The translations under genes were made by a program, and so were the position numbers. 52,726 bases of DNA, taken from assembly GCA_965549355.1 (NCBI GenBank), contig CBEVGD010000001.1:1-52726 (forward strand), written 5' to 3'. Each line of letters starts with the position of its first letter. Position 1 is the stretch's first letter. Source of the stretch: an uncultured bacterium (GTDB lineage: Bacteria; Actinomycetota; Humimicrobiia; Humimicrobiales; Humimicrobiaceae). The notes under the pieces are model-generated. The model searched no databases, was not told the origin of the DNA, and saw only the letters and a program-made list of their open reading frames with translations. Positions 9,748-17,803 of this stretch are shown piece by piece.

Positions 9748-11139
9748 ATGCTGGACATGTGGACATCTATCCAGGAATATATATTCCTATCACTTTTTTT
9801 AATAATCGCCATAATCCTCAAGAGAAAGATCCGGTTCCTTCAAAGATTTCTTATACCGACTTCGATAATCGCAGGGTTTATCGGGCTTATTCTGGGTTCG
9901 GAGATTTTAAACTGGATACAGCTTGATGCTGAAAGGCTGGGGGTATTAATATATCATTTGATGGCAGTGGGATTTATATCGGTTGCATTAAAGGAGAGAA
10001 TCGCGGTCCCGGTCAACCATAAAAGGGATAATGTAAATACCGGACTGGCAATAATCACTTCGTATCTATCTCAGGGTATTATCGGGTTTGCTGTTTCTCT
10101 GTCTCTTGCTTATACTTTTCTTCCCAAATTATTTCCCCCATTCGGGCTGCTGCTTCCGCTTGGTTTTGCACAGGGGCCGGGACAGGCTTTTTCGATCGGT
10201 ACCAGTTGGGAAGAGCTGGGGTTATCAAATGGTGGGAATATTGGACTTTCGATTGCCACTATCGGGTTTCTATGGGCGATCATATTTGGAATACCCCTGA
10301 TGAATATACTGGTCCGCAAGAAGAAAGCCTGGGGTCTTGAAGACAGGGAAAAAATGGTTAGGCTAAAAAGTGTAGATATAGGAGAAAAGCATACTGAGAA
10401 TATCCCAAAGAGAATGTTTGTAGACAGCCTTACCGTACAGGTCGTACTTATAGGAGTTGTTTATCTTATCACTTACTTTGCCCTGAGGGGAGTGTCATTG
10501 GCTCTTGAGCCTCTTGGCGGATACGGGTATACTGTGGCCCAGCTTCTCTGGGGCTTCCACTTTGTAATAGCTACCATGTTTGCAATACTTGTCAGGGCAA
10601 TATTGAATATACTGAAAAGAAAGAAATTGCTCCATATTAAATATCCGGATAATTATATCCTTCAAAGGATATCATCCGGTTCTTTTGATTTTATGATAGT
10701 AGCGGCTATTGCGGCATTGTCGATAAATACTTTCAGGGAAAACTGGATACCGATAATCCTGATTACTACGCTGGGAGGTATATTTTCACTTATTTATACA
10801 GTATATCTATGCAGGAGAATATATACTAATTATATCATCGAGCATATCGTGGGTCTTTACGGACAGTTCACCGGGACGATTACGACAAGCATGGCCCTGC
10901 TCAGAGAGATCGACCCTGATGCGGAGTCCAATGTACCGGAAAACATTGTCCTGGGAGGTGCAATCGCTCTGCCTCTGGGGGTCCCGCCTATGTTTATACT
11001 GGGTCTGGCCGTAGAAGGATATTCAGCCCAGAGACCGGTATTTTATTTCTATGCGCTTGCAATATTTATTATTTATCTTGCAGCTATCCTTACATACCTT
11101 CTTTTAAAAAGCAGAAGGAAAAAAGCAGCACAGCAGTAA
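9748..11139 (+). CDS. Sodium/glutamate symporter (GltS-like) family transporter
   Basis: 463 aa with about 10-12 TM helices. The N-terminal pattern ..LKRKIRFLQRFLIPTSIIAGFIGLILG resembles GltS. Assigned from the overall pattern only. Confidence 0.5.
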   Translation: MLDMWTSIQEYIFLSLFLIIAIILKRKIRFLQRFLIPTSIIAGFIGLILGSEILNWIQLDAERLGVLIYHLMAVGFISVALKERIAVPVNHKRDNVNTGLAIITSYLSQGIIGFAVSLSLAYTFLPKLFPPFGLLLPLGFAQGPGQAFSIGTSWEELGLSNGGNIGLSIATIGFLWAIIFGIPLMNILVRKKKAWGLEDREKMVRLKSVDIGEKHTENIPKRMFVDSLTVQVVLIGVVYLITYFALRGVSLALEPLGGYGYTVAQLLWGFHFVIATMFAILVRAILNILKRKKLLHIKYPDNYILQRISSGSFDFMIVAAIAALSINTFRENWIPIILITTLGGIFSLIYTVYLCRRIYTNYIIEHIVGLYGQFTGTITTSMALLREIDPDAESNVPENIVLGGAIALPLGVPPMFILGLAVEGYSAQRPVFYFYALAIFIIYLAAILTYLLLKSRRKKAAQQ

Positions 11140-11146
11140 TAGCCGG

Positions 11147-11186
11147 CATAGGAGCCTGAGCCCAATTCTCGGACAGGACTCTATAG
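11147..11186. repeat. REP-like palindromic element, copy 1
   Basis: CATAGGAGCCTGAGCCCAATTCTCGGACAGGACTCTATAG. Imperfect ~11-bp arms around a 15-nt loop. About 80 percent identical to the copy at 11942-11978. Confidence 0.55.
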
Positions 11187-11234
11187 CATTGATGAATACT
11201 GCCGGAAATTTTATTAAGTCCTATGAGCTGCCAG

Positions 11235-11828
11235 TCATATAAGGCTGCGGCAGGTCTTACAGAATGCCGTGTCCTTGCCATCGATATCGCCGGAAGTATT
11301 GGATGGATACATTATGCAGTTCTTATTATCACAGTGCAAAAGTCCAAGGGCATGGCCTATTCCGTGAACAGCTTCCTTTAGTATTCTTTCATAATAGAGT
11401 TTTTTTTCAGTGCTGCTTAGTCTCTTTATTAATAATGGAAATTTGCCTGCTTTTCTTTTCTTAAGACTATTGGAGAAGTAATCCTTATGAAAATGGGGAT
11501 GTACCCTCATTATAGAGATGACGCATATCTTTGGGAAAGGAGAAGCAAGACCAAATACATAATCAAGATTTCCCGTATAGAGATCACGGTCAAATACTGC
11601 AAGATTTATATCTTTTACCTCTTTAAGGGTCATGTTTTCAGTAAGGAATCTTAGAAGTTTTCTTCCATCGTATTGTTTTTTATCATTATTGAATAATGTT
11701 AACGGGATTATGATATGCTTTAGTATGATTACATTGCTTTCAAATACTATGGAGAGATTTTTCCTTAGATATCTCAGTATATTTCTGCTTATGTCATTCA
11801 GTATAAGTATATTTATATTTTCATTCAT
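11235..11828 (-). CDS. Archaemetzincin-like (peptidase M54) protein with substituted catalytic Glu
   Basis: The C-terminal motif HGIGHALGLLHCDNKNCIMYPSN..(16)..CKTC fits the archaemetzincin signature HExxHxxGx3Cx4CxM..CxxC, except that the Glu is Gly (codons cac gga ata ggc cat, read directly). Confidence 0.7.
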   Translation of the reverse strand: MNENINILILNDISRNILRYLRKNLSIVFESNVIILKHIIIPLTLFNNDKKQYDGRKLLRFLTENMTLKEVKDINLAVFDRDLYTGNLDYVFGLASPFPKICVISIMRVHPHFHKDYFSNSLKKRKAGKFPLLIKRLSSTEKKLYYERILKEAVHGIGHALGLLHCDNKNCIMYPSNTSGDIDGKDTAFCKTCRSLI

Positions 11829-11941
11829 CTTATTATTCTAAATCAGCCGGTGAGTATTTCCAATATTTACTTTATTATTTAAATATTTTAATAGGTCCTA
11901 TTAAAATATTAGTTTTAGCGGCACAGGTCTTGCTATAAGCC

Positions 11942-11978
11942 TGAGCCCGGCTCCCGGACAGGCTCATAGAATAGGAAG
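11942..11978. repeat. REP-like palindromic element, copy 2
   Basis: CTATAAGCCTGAGCCCGGCTCCCGGACAGGCTCATAG. 10 of 11 arm positions pair. Lies in a divergent intergenic region. Confidence 0.55.
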
Positions 11979-12100
11979 GGAGAAAACAAATGATGGGAAA
12001 AGAGATATTGTCTTTTAAATAAAGCTGATAAAATGTATTTTGAAAGATATTCACAAATAGCACAGGCTTGAAATAATACTTATAGCAAGAGCAGATATTT

Positions 12101-13243
12101 ATGAATAATAAAAATAGTTTTGGTAAAAATATATCAGGAGCCGCCATAAGGCTTTTTATATTTTTAATTATCATCTCCGCGGTCCTTATCCCCTTTACTG
12201 AAATATTTGCATTTGACCCTGACTATCCGGATTTTATCTGGACACATAATAGCAGGAGCAGAAAGATCAGTGCAGGGACCCAGAAAGCGGTTTATCTGAC
12301 CGGACACAGCATGGCTTCTGAAGAAAAAAGACAGGATGTATACAGGCTGATAGAGGAAACTGAATTAAATAGCATAGTGTTTAATGCAAAGGAAGACTCC
12401 GGAGATATCTTCTATGACAGCGGGGTGGAATTTTTCAATGAGATCGGTGCAGTAAACGCATATTATGATATTGATAAGGTGCTTAAGGAGATGGATGAAA
12501 GAAATATATACAGCATAGCAAGGATAGTGCTTTTTAAGGATGGGGTAATAACTGATGCCCGGCCCGATCTTGCCATACAGAATAAAAACACAGGTGCCCG
12601 GATATATCTTGATGGAGGTTATTGGGTCGATATATTTAATCGCGAGATATGGGACCACTATATAGAACTGGTCATGGAGCTGGTCGATAAGGGGGTAGAT
12701 GAGATCCAGTTTGATTATATAAGGGCGCCTTCAAGAGGCAATACATCTCTGGCAGAGTATCCCTCAAATACAGAGGAGATGGAAAAGATATGGGCCATTA
12801 CAGGTTTTTTAAAAGCAGTCAGGGAAGCTACGAAGAACTATCCTGTTAAAATATCGGCAGATGTTTTCGGTTTTGTATTTATAGTCGAAAATGATCAGGG
12901 TATCGGACAGCTCATAGAAGAGATGGCTCCCTATCTGGATTTTCTATATCCTATGCCGTATCCGTCGCATTATTCATCCGGTTTTATGGGATTCAGCCAA
13001 CCGGAAGCACATCCTTATGAGGTGGTAAAATATACTCTTGAGAAAGGTCTGACAAGGATAGGCGATACAGAATGTCTTATAATCCCCTGGATACAGGCCT
13101 TCGGACTGGAAATGCGCTATACTGAAAGGGAGATACTTCTACAGATAAAAGCAGCTGATGACCTTGATATCGACGGTTTTTTATTCTGGAATGCGGCAAA
13201 CAAATACAGCGCTGTTGAAAGAGCTCTCAGAAGCAGGGTTTAA
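12101..13243 (+). CDS. Putative glycoside hydrolase-like TIM-barrel protein (DUF4015/GHL13-type), secreted or membrane-anchored
   Basis: 380 aa with an N-terminal signal anchor. The internal pattern WVD..N.E.WDY...V.E....G.DEIQFDYIR is typical of the DUF4015 family. Confidence 0.5.
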   Translation: MNNKNSFGKNISGAAIRLFIFLIIISAVLIPFTEIFAFDPDYPDFIWTHNSRSRKISAGTQKAVYLTGHSMASEEKRQDVYRLIEETELNSIVFNAKEDSGDIFYDSGVEFFNEIGAVNAYYDIDKVLKEMDERNIYSIARIVLFKDGVITDARPDLAIQNKNTGARIYLDGGYWVDIFNREIWDHYIELVMELVDKGVDEIQFDYIRAPSRGNTSLAEYPSNTEEMEKIWAITGFLKAVREATKNYPVKISADVFGFVFIVENDQGIGQLIEEMAPYLDFLYPMPYPSHYSSGFMGFSQPEAHPYEVVKYTLEKGLTRIGDTECLIIPWIQAFGLEMRYTEREILLQIKAADDLDIDGFLFWNAANKYSAVERALRSRV

Positions 13244-13287
13244 TGGAAAAGTCCGAAAGGACAGGGTAAAACTACAGGCAAATATAA

Positions 13288-14211
13288 TCAGCCTTGAATA
13301 ATACGTTTTAGCTGTTTTATATGTGCAGGGGTGCTGCCGCAGCAGGTACCCAGTATGGATGGTCCGAAAGGAAGATACTTCTTTATATTATCAGCCATTA
13401 TTTCCGGAGTCTCATTATATGAAGTCTTTCCGTCTTTTAAAACAGGAAGACCGGCATTGGGTTGGAATATGAGTCTGGCGTCCGGCCGGGCTTTTCTTAT
13501 CTTCTTTACTATATCAAGCATCGAATCAGATCCTATGCTGCAGTTTGCGCCTACTATATCACATCCGGCCTCCAGAAGTGTGCCGGCTGATTCTTCTGCT
13601 TTATTTCCCATCAGGGTGACACCATTTGCACCAAATGACAGAGTGCATGCTATAGGTATCTTGCTTGATATTTTTCTTGCCGCTTCTACTGCAGCGAGAG
13701 CTTCATTTATATCCATAATAGTCTCGATAAGTAGAAAATCGACTCCGCCTTCGATGAGAACACCGATCTGCCTGCTGAAGAGTTCTACTGCCTCGCTGTA
13801 TTTCAGCTCGCCGGAAGGCTCCATCAGTTTTCCTGTGGGTCCTATATCTCCTGCGATGAAGTGTAAGCTTTGAGAATCTGATCTACTCTCATGAGCCTCT
13901 ATGGCTCCACGTGCCGCTGCAACTGCATTCTTATTGATCTGGCAGGTTTTCTGTTCGAGCTTACATGCTCTTAGTTTTAAGGGGTTTGCTCCGAAGGTAT
14001 TGGTCTGTACTATATCCGAACCTGCTTCGAGGTAGTCAAGGTGGATATCTGTTACTTTTTTTATATTATCTTTTTCAATATTTGCAGAATCCGGACAGCC
14101 CAAAAAACCTCTTATCTGAAGTTCTGTTCCCATCGCTCCATCGCATATAAGGATTTTTTTATCAAGAGCTTCCAGGAAACCAGCATAGTTTTTGGAATTG
14201 TCCCTATTCAT
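13288..14211 (-). CDS. Homocysteine S-methyltransferase-domain protein (stand-alone MetH N-terminal Hcy-binding module)
   Basis: 307 aa. LICDGAMGTELQ at the N-terminus, an internal GANCS motif, and a C-terminal GTCCGSTPAHI zinc-binding Cys motif. Confidence 0.8.
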   Translation of the reverse strand: MNRDNSKNYAGFLEALDKKILICDGAMGTELQIRGFLGCPDSANIEKDNIKKVTDIHLDYLEAGSDIVQTNTFGANPLKLRACKLEQKTCQINKNAVAAARGAIEAHESRSDSQSLHFIAGDIGPTGKLMEPSGELKYSEAVELFSRQIGVLIEGGVDFLLIETIMDINEALAAVEAARKISSKIPIACTLSFGANGVTLMGNKAEESAGTLLEAGCDIVGANCSIGSDSMLDIVKKIRKARPDARLIFQPNAGLPVLKDGKTSYNETPEIMADNIKKYLPFGPSILGTCCGSTPAHIKQLKRIIQG

Positions 14212-14229
14212 ATTTTAAAATTATAAGAA

Positions 14230-14325
14230 TTATTTATTTCTTCTTTGCCATCTGGTCTTTTTAAGCATCTTTTTATGCTTTTTCTTTCTCATTTTCTTTC
14301 GTCTCTTCTTGATAAGTGAGCTCAT
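14230..14325 (-). CDS. 31-aa highly basic protein, bS22 / AURKAIP1-COX24-like small ribosomal protein candidate
   Basis: Not in the ORF track because it is under 60 aa. I translated MSSLIKKRRKKMRKKKHKKMLKKTRWQRRNK. It has a strong SD (AAGGAGG) 5 nt upstream of the ATG at 14325, a TAA stop at 14230-14232, and sits 18 nt upstream of the Hcy-methyltransferase gene. Confidence 0.6.
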   Translation of the reverse strand: MSSLIKKRRKKMRKKKHKKMLKKTRWQRRNK

Positions 14326-14670
14326 AGTCCTCCTTGTATTTATAACAGTTTATGTTATCAAATCTTATTTATAATCAACAGAAACAAATATTATACCAGA
14401 AAAAAGGCTAATGTATATTTTTATATGGCTATTTATTCATAATATTTATGGGATATGATTTCCTGAAAATGGACCGGACGCAGTATATCAGTGATCTTGC
14501 ATTTAAAATAATTGATAAATATTAATAGGGAACATGGTAAACTTTATTAATGTTTGATAGGAAAATAGTATATATATTAAGCAATATATAATAAAAAACT
14601 CTAAAATAATATTAGAGTATTATTAGAGTAGTATTAGGAAAAATACTTTATAAAATAATGATATTTTTAT

Positions 14671-14699
14671 TGACATACCATATCTTGTGCTCTAATATG
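14671..14699 (+). promoter_or_regulatory. Sigma-70-type promoter upstream of nrdJ
   Basis: TTGACA (14671-14676), a 17-nt spacer, then TAATAT (14694-14699). Confidence 0.55.
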
Positions 14700-14723
14700 T
14701 AAACATACACAATATCCTGAGTA
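14676..14723 (+). promoter_or_regulatory. Tandem NrdR boxes
   Basis: ATACCATATCTTGTGC (14676-14691) matches the acaCwAtATaTwGtgt consensus at 12/16 positions. ACACAATATCCTGAGT (14708-14723) matches at 13/16. The box starts are 32 bp apart and the boxes overlap the promoter. Confidence 0.6.
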
Positions 14724-14893
14724 TTTTTGTATTTCAGAGATTATGATTTGAGAAATATCGTGTTTGGCAGGCTGGTTCGCGGCATATTGTTTCTTGACGC
14801 AGGCAAATCCTGATAGCCGGGACCGGATAATTATAAAAATGAAAGATTTAAAATAAATTTTTATAATAATGTATTACTGGGAGGTAATTGGTA

Positions 14894-17242
14894 ATGGGCG
14901 AGACTGGTAAAAAAAGCAAAAGAAAAGAGATGACGCAGTATTACCACCAGAAAAAGATAAATCTTTCTGAAAATGCTATAAAGGTCCTGGAGAGAAGGTA
15001 TTTTAAAAGAGATGAAATAGGTAATATTCTTGAGAAGCCTGTGGACATGTTTATAAGGGTGGCCCGGAATATCGCCTCTGCTGAGAAGAAATATGGAAAG
15101 ACAGAAGAAGAGATCCTCGAGATAGAAAAGGAATTTTTTGATATAATGGCAGATCTGGATTTCCTTCCAAATTCACCGACGCTTATGAATGCCGGGAAAG
15201 AGCTTCAGCAGCTCGCAGCATGTTTTGTGCTGCCGGTGGGGGATTCAATGTCCGATATATTTGAGGCTCTCAAGGAGACAGCTATTATCCAGAAATCAGG
15301 CGGGGGAGTAGGATACTCTTTTTCAAGAATAAGGCCGAGAAATGATGTAGTCCTTTCCACAAAGGGTGTCTCGAGCGGACCGATATCTTTTATGACGGTT
15401 TTTAATGCAGCCACCGATACAATCAAGCAGGGAGGCACCAGAAGGGGCGCCAATATGGGAATACTCAGGGTCGATCATCCCGACATACTGGATTTTATAT
15501 CGGCAAAAGATAATTGTGAGAAGCTGACTAATTTCAATATATCTGTCGGAGTGACAGAAGCTTTTATAAGGGCTGTTGAAAACGATGAAAAATATGAGAT
15601 CGTAAATCCCAGGACAAAGGAAGTATTTGACCGCTATAATGCCAGGGAAGTATTTAAAAAGATAGTGGAGCATGCCTGGGGGAATGGCGACCCTGGCATT
15701 ATATTTCTTGACAGGCTGAACAAAGACAATCCTACTCCGCATATCGGCCAGATCGAGAGTACTAATCCCTGCGGCGAGCAGCCATTGCTGCCCTATGAAG
15801 CATGTAATCTCGGTTCTATAAATCTCTCGCATATGATGATTGAAGACGAAGACATCAAGAAGATAGACTATAAGAAGCTCGGGAAAGTCGTACAAACATC
15901 AGTGAGATTTCTGGATGATGTCATTGATATGAGTGAATATCCTCTGGAAAAGATCCGCGATATGGTGGATGGCAATAGAAAGATCGGACTTGGAGTAATG
16001 GGATGGGCAGATCTCCTTGTGATGCTGGGGATACCTTATGACAGCGAAGAAGCACTGGAGCTTGGCGGCAAGATAATGAGCTTCATACAGGATGAATCAA
16101 AGGAAGCTTCCAAAAAGCTTGCGGAAGAAAAAGGAGAGTTTCCCAACCTTGAAGGCAGCATATACGATTCTCCTGAAGGATATAAGGTCAGAAATGCTAC
16201 AACAACGACAATAGCGCCCACGGGGACACTGAGTATAATAGCGGACTGCTCAAGCGGAATAGAGCCATTGTTCGCTATTTCATTTGTAAAGAATGTAATG
16301 GATAATGACAGGCTTCTTGAAGTAAATAAACACTTTAAGAAAATGGCAGAAGACGGGGGATTTTATAGCAAGGAACTTATGGAAAAGATAGCCGGGACGG
16401 GCCATCTCCAGGGCCTGGACGAGATTCCTGATAATTGCAAGAGAATATTCAAGACTGCCCATGAAGTCTCACCAAAATGGCATGTCCGTTCTCAGGCCGC
16501 CTTTCAAAAATTTGTTGACAATGCTGTCTCAAAGACGGTTAATTTCTCTAATTCGGCTACGGTCCAGGATGTTGAAGATGTCTATATGCTTTCATACAGG
16601 CTGGGGTGCAAGGGTATTACGATATTCAGGGATGGAAGCCGGGGCGCACAGGTTCTTGAAGTCTCGGGAAAAGATATGGATAATAAAAAAGCGGAAGTCC
16701 AGGCTGAAACCGGTTCTGAAGAAAAATTAAAAGAAAGTAAAACTGCAGAAGCTGCCCATGTTGATAAGATGCCCACGATAAAACCAAGACCCCGCCCTGA
16801 TATAACCAGGGGCATGACCAAAAAATATAATATCGGAACCTGCGGGAAACTATATGTAACGGTAAATAGCGATGAACGCGGAATATGCGAGATATTTACC
16901 AATACGGGGGAAGAAGGATGTGCGGCCCTTACAGAAACTGTGGGCAGACTTATAAGCATAGCCATAAGGTCCGGGATCGACCTGGATGAGATAAAGAGCC
17001 AGATCAAGGGTATACGCTGCATAACATGCATAGCGGATAAGGACACAAATGTGCTCTCATGTCCGGATGCTATGGGGAAAGCTATCGAGTTTGTCCTTAA
17101 TGGTTCAAATAAATTTGACCTGGATATAACCAGCGGACCGAGATCCATAATGATATGTGAGGAAGAAGGCTGCGGCGGTATAATGGAGCCGGAAGGCGGC
17201 TGCTATGTCTGTAGGAATTGCGGCTACTCAAAATGCTCATAG
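14894..17242 (+). CDS. nrdJ: Class II (adenosylcobalamin-dependent) ribonucleotide reductase
   Basis: ATG 14894 lies 9 nt after GGGAGG. Motifs present: NSPTLMNAG, active-site NPCGEQPL, TIAPTG, a TSCPD-type C-terminal segment (CGKLYVTVN...GCAA) and a terminal Cys-rich zinc-ribbon tail (CEEEGCGG...CYVCRNCGYSKC). Confidence 0.9.
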   Translation: MGETGKKSKRKEMTQYYHQKKINLSENAIKVLERRYFKRDEIGNILEKPVDMFIRVARNIASAEKKYGKTEEEILEIEKEFFDIMADLDFLPNSPTLMNAGKELQQLAACFVLPVGDSMSDIFEALKETAIIQKSGGGVGYSFSRIRPRNDVVLSTKGVSSGPISFMTVFNAATDTIKQGGTRRGANMGILRVDHPDILDFISAKDNCEKLTNFNISVGVTEAFIRAVENDEKYEIVNPRTKEVFDRYNAREVFKKIVEHAWGNGDPGIIFLDRLNKDNPTPHIGQIESTNPCGEQPLLPYEACNLGSINLSHMMIEDEDIKKIDYKKLGKVVQTSVRFLDDVIDMSEYPLEKIRDMVDGNRKIGLGVMGWADLLVMLGIPYDSEEALELGGKIMSFIQDESKEASKKLAEEKGEFPNLEGSIYDSPEGYKVRNATTTTIAPTGTLSIIADCSSGIEPLFAISFVKNVMDNDRLLEVNKHFKKMAEDGGFYSKELMEKIAGTGHLQGLDEIPDNCKRIFKTAHEVSPKWHVRSQAAFQKFVDNAVSKTVNFSNSATVQDVEDVYMLSYRLGCKGITIFRDGSRGAQVLEVSGKDMDNKKAEVQAETGSEEKLKESKTAEAAHVDKMPTIKPRPRPDITRGMTKKYNIGTCGKLYVTVNSDERGICEIFTNTGEEGCAALTETVGRLISIAIRSGIDLDEIKSQIKGIRCITCIADKDTNVLSCPDAMGKAIEFVLNGSNKFDLDITSGPRSIMICEEEGCGGIMEPEGGCYVCRNCGYSKCS

Positions 17243-17262
17243 AATAAAGCAGCGATAAATAT

Positions 17263-17724
17263 CTACTTCTTTTTGTTTTCCGCAATCATAAATTTGATGA
17301 TATCCGCTCTTGCAATTATTCCTGCCAGCTTATTATTATCGCTTACTACTGGAAGCCTGTTAATATCATTATTTATCATTATGTTTACCACCTTGCTGAT
17401 TGGCATATCTTCCCTGGCTACCTTTATATTTGTCGACATAACCTCTTCAACCCTGGTTTTCAAATATTCCTTTGTACTTTTTGTATAGCTTTCAAATTTT
17501 TCAAGAAAAGTATAGCTAAAAGATAATGGGAACGGAAGGCTGGACTCTTTGACTATTATATCAGCTTCGGTAATTATCCCTGCTAACTCTCCTTTTTCAT
17601 CAACCACCGGGACACCGCTTATTCTATTCTTAATAAGTAATTCTGATAATTCAGCTAAAGTAGCATTTTTATTTATTGTAATAACTTTTTTTGTCATGAT
17701 ATCTTTTGCAAGTAATTCTGTCAT
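17263..17724 (-). CDS. CBS-domain pair protein
   Basis: 153 aa containing two CBS repeats (DIMTKKVITI...ISGVPVVDEKGELAGIITEADI and VMSTNIKV...INRLPVVSDNNKLAGIIARADI). Confidence 0.85.
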   Translation of the reverse strand: MTELLAKDIMTKKVITINKNATLAELSELLIKNRISGVPVVDEKGELAGIITEADIIVKESSLPFPLSFSYTFLEKFESYTKSTKEYLKTRVEEVMSTNIKVAREDMPISKVVNIMINNDINRLPVVSDNNKLAGIIARADIIKFMIAENKKK

Positions 17725-17803
17725 TCTTATCTCCTGAACTATTCACATTTTTATTCTAATAAAAAATACCTGGACTCCGGGTCTTAAACTAAAATTTTTT
17801 ATA

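Noticed and set aside
14724-14893. A cobalamin riboswitch in the nrdJ leader.
   Set aside because: No B12-box (GCCACTG-like) or other conserved cobalamin riboswitch core elements are visible. B12 riboswitches usually repress B12-independent RNRs rather than nrdJ.
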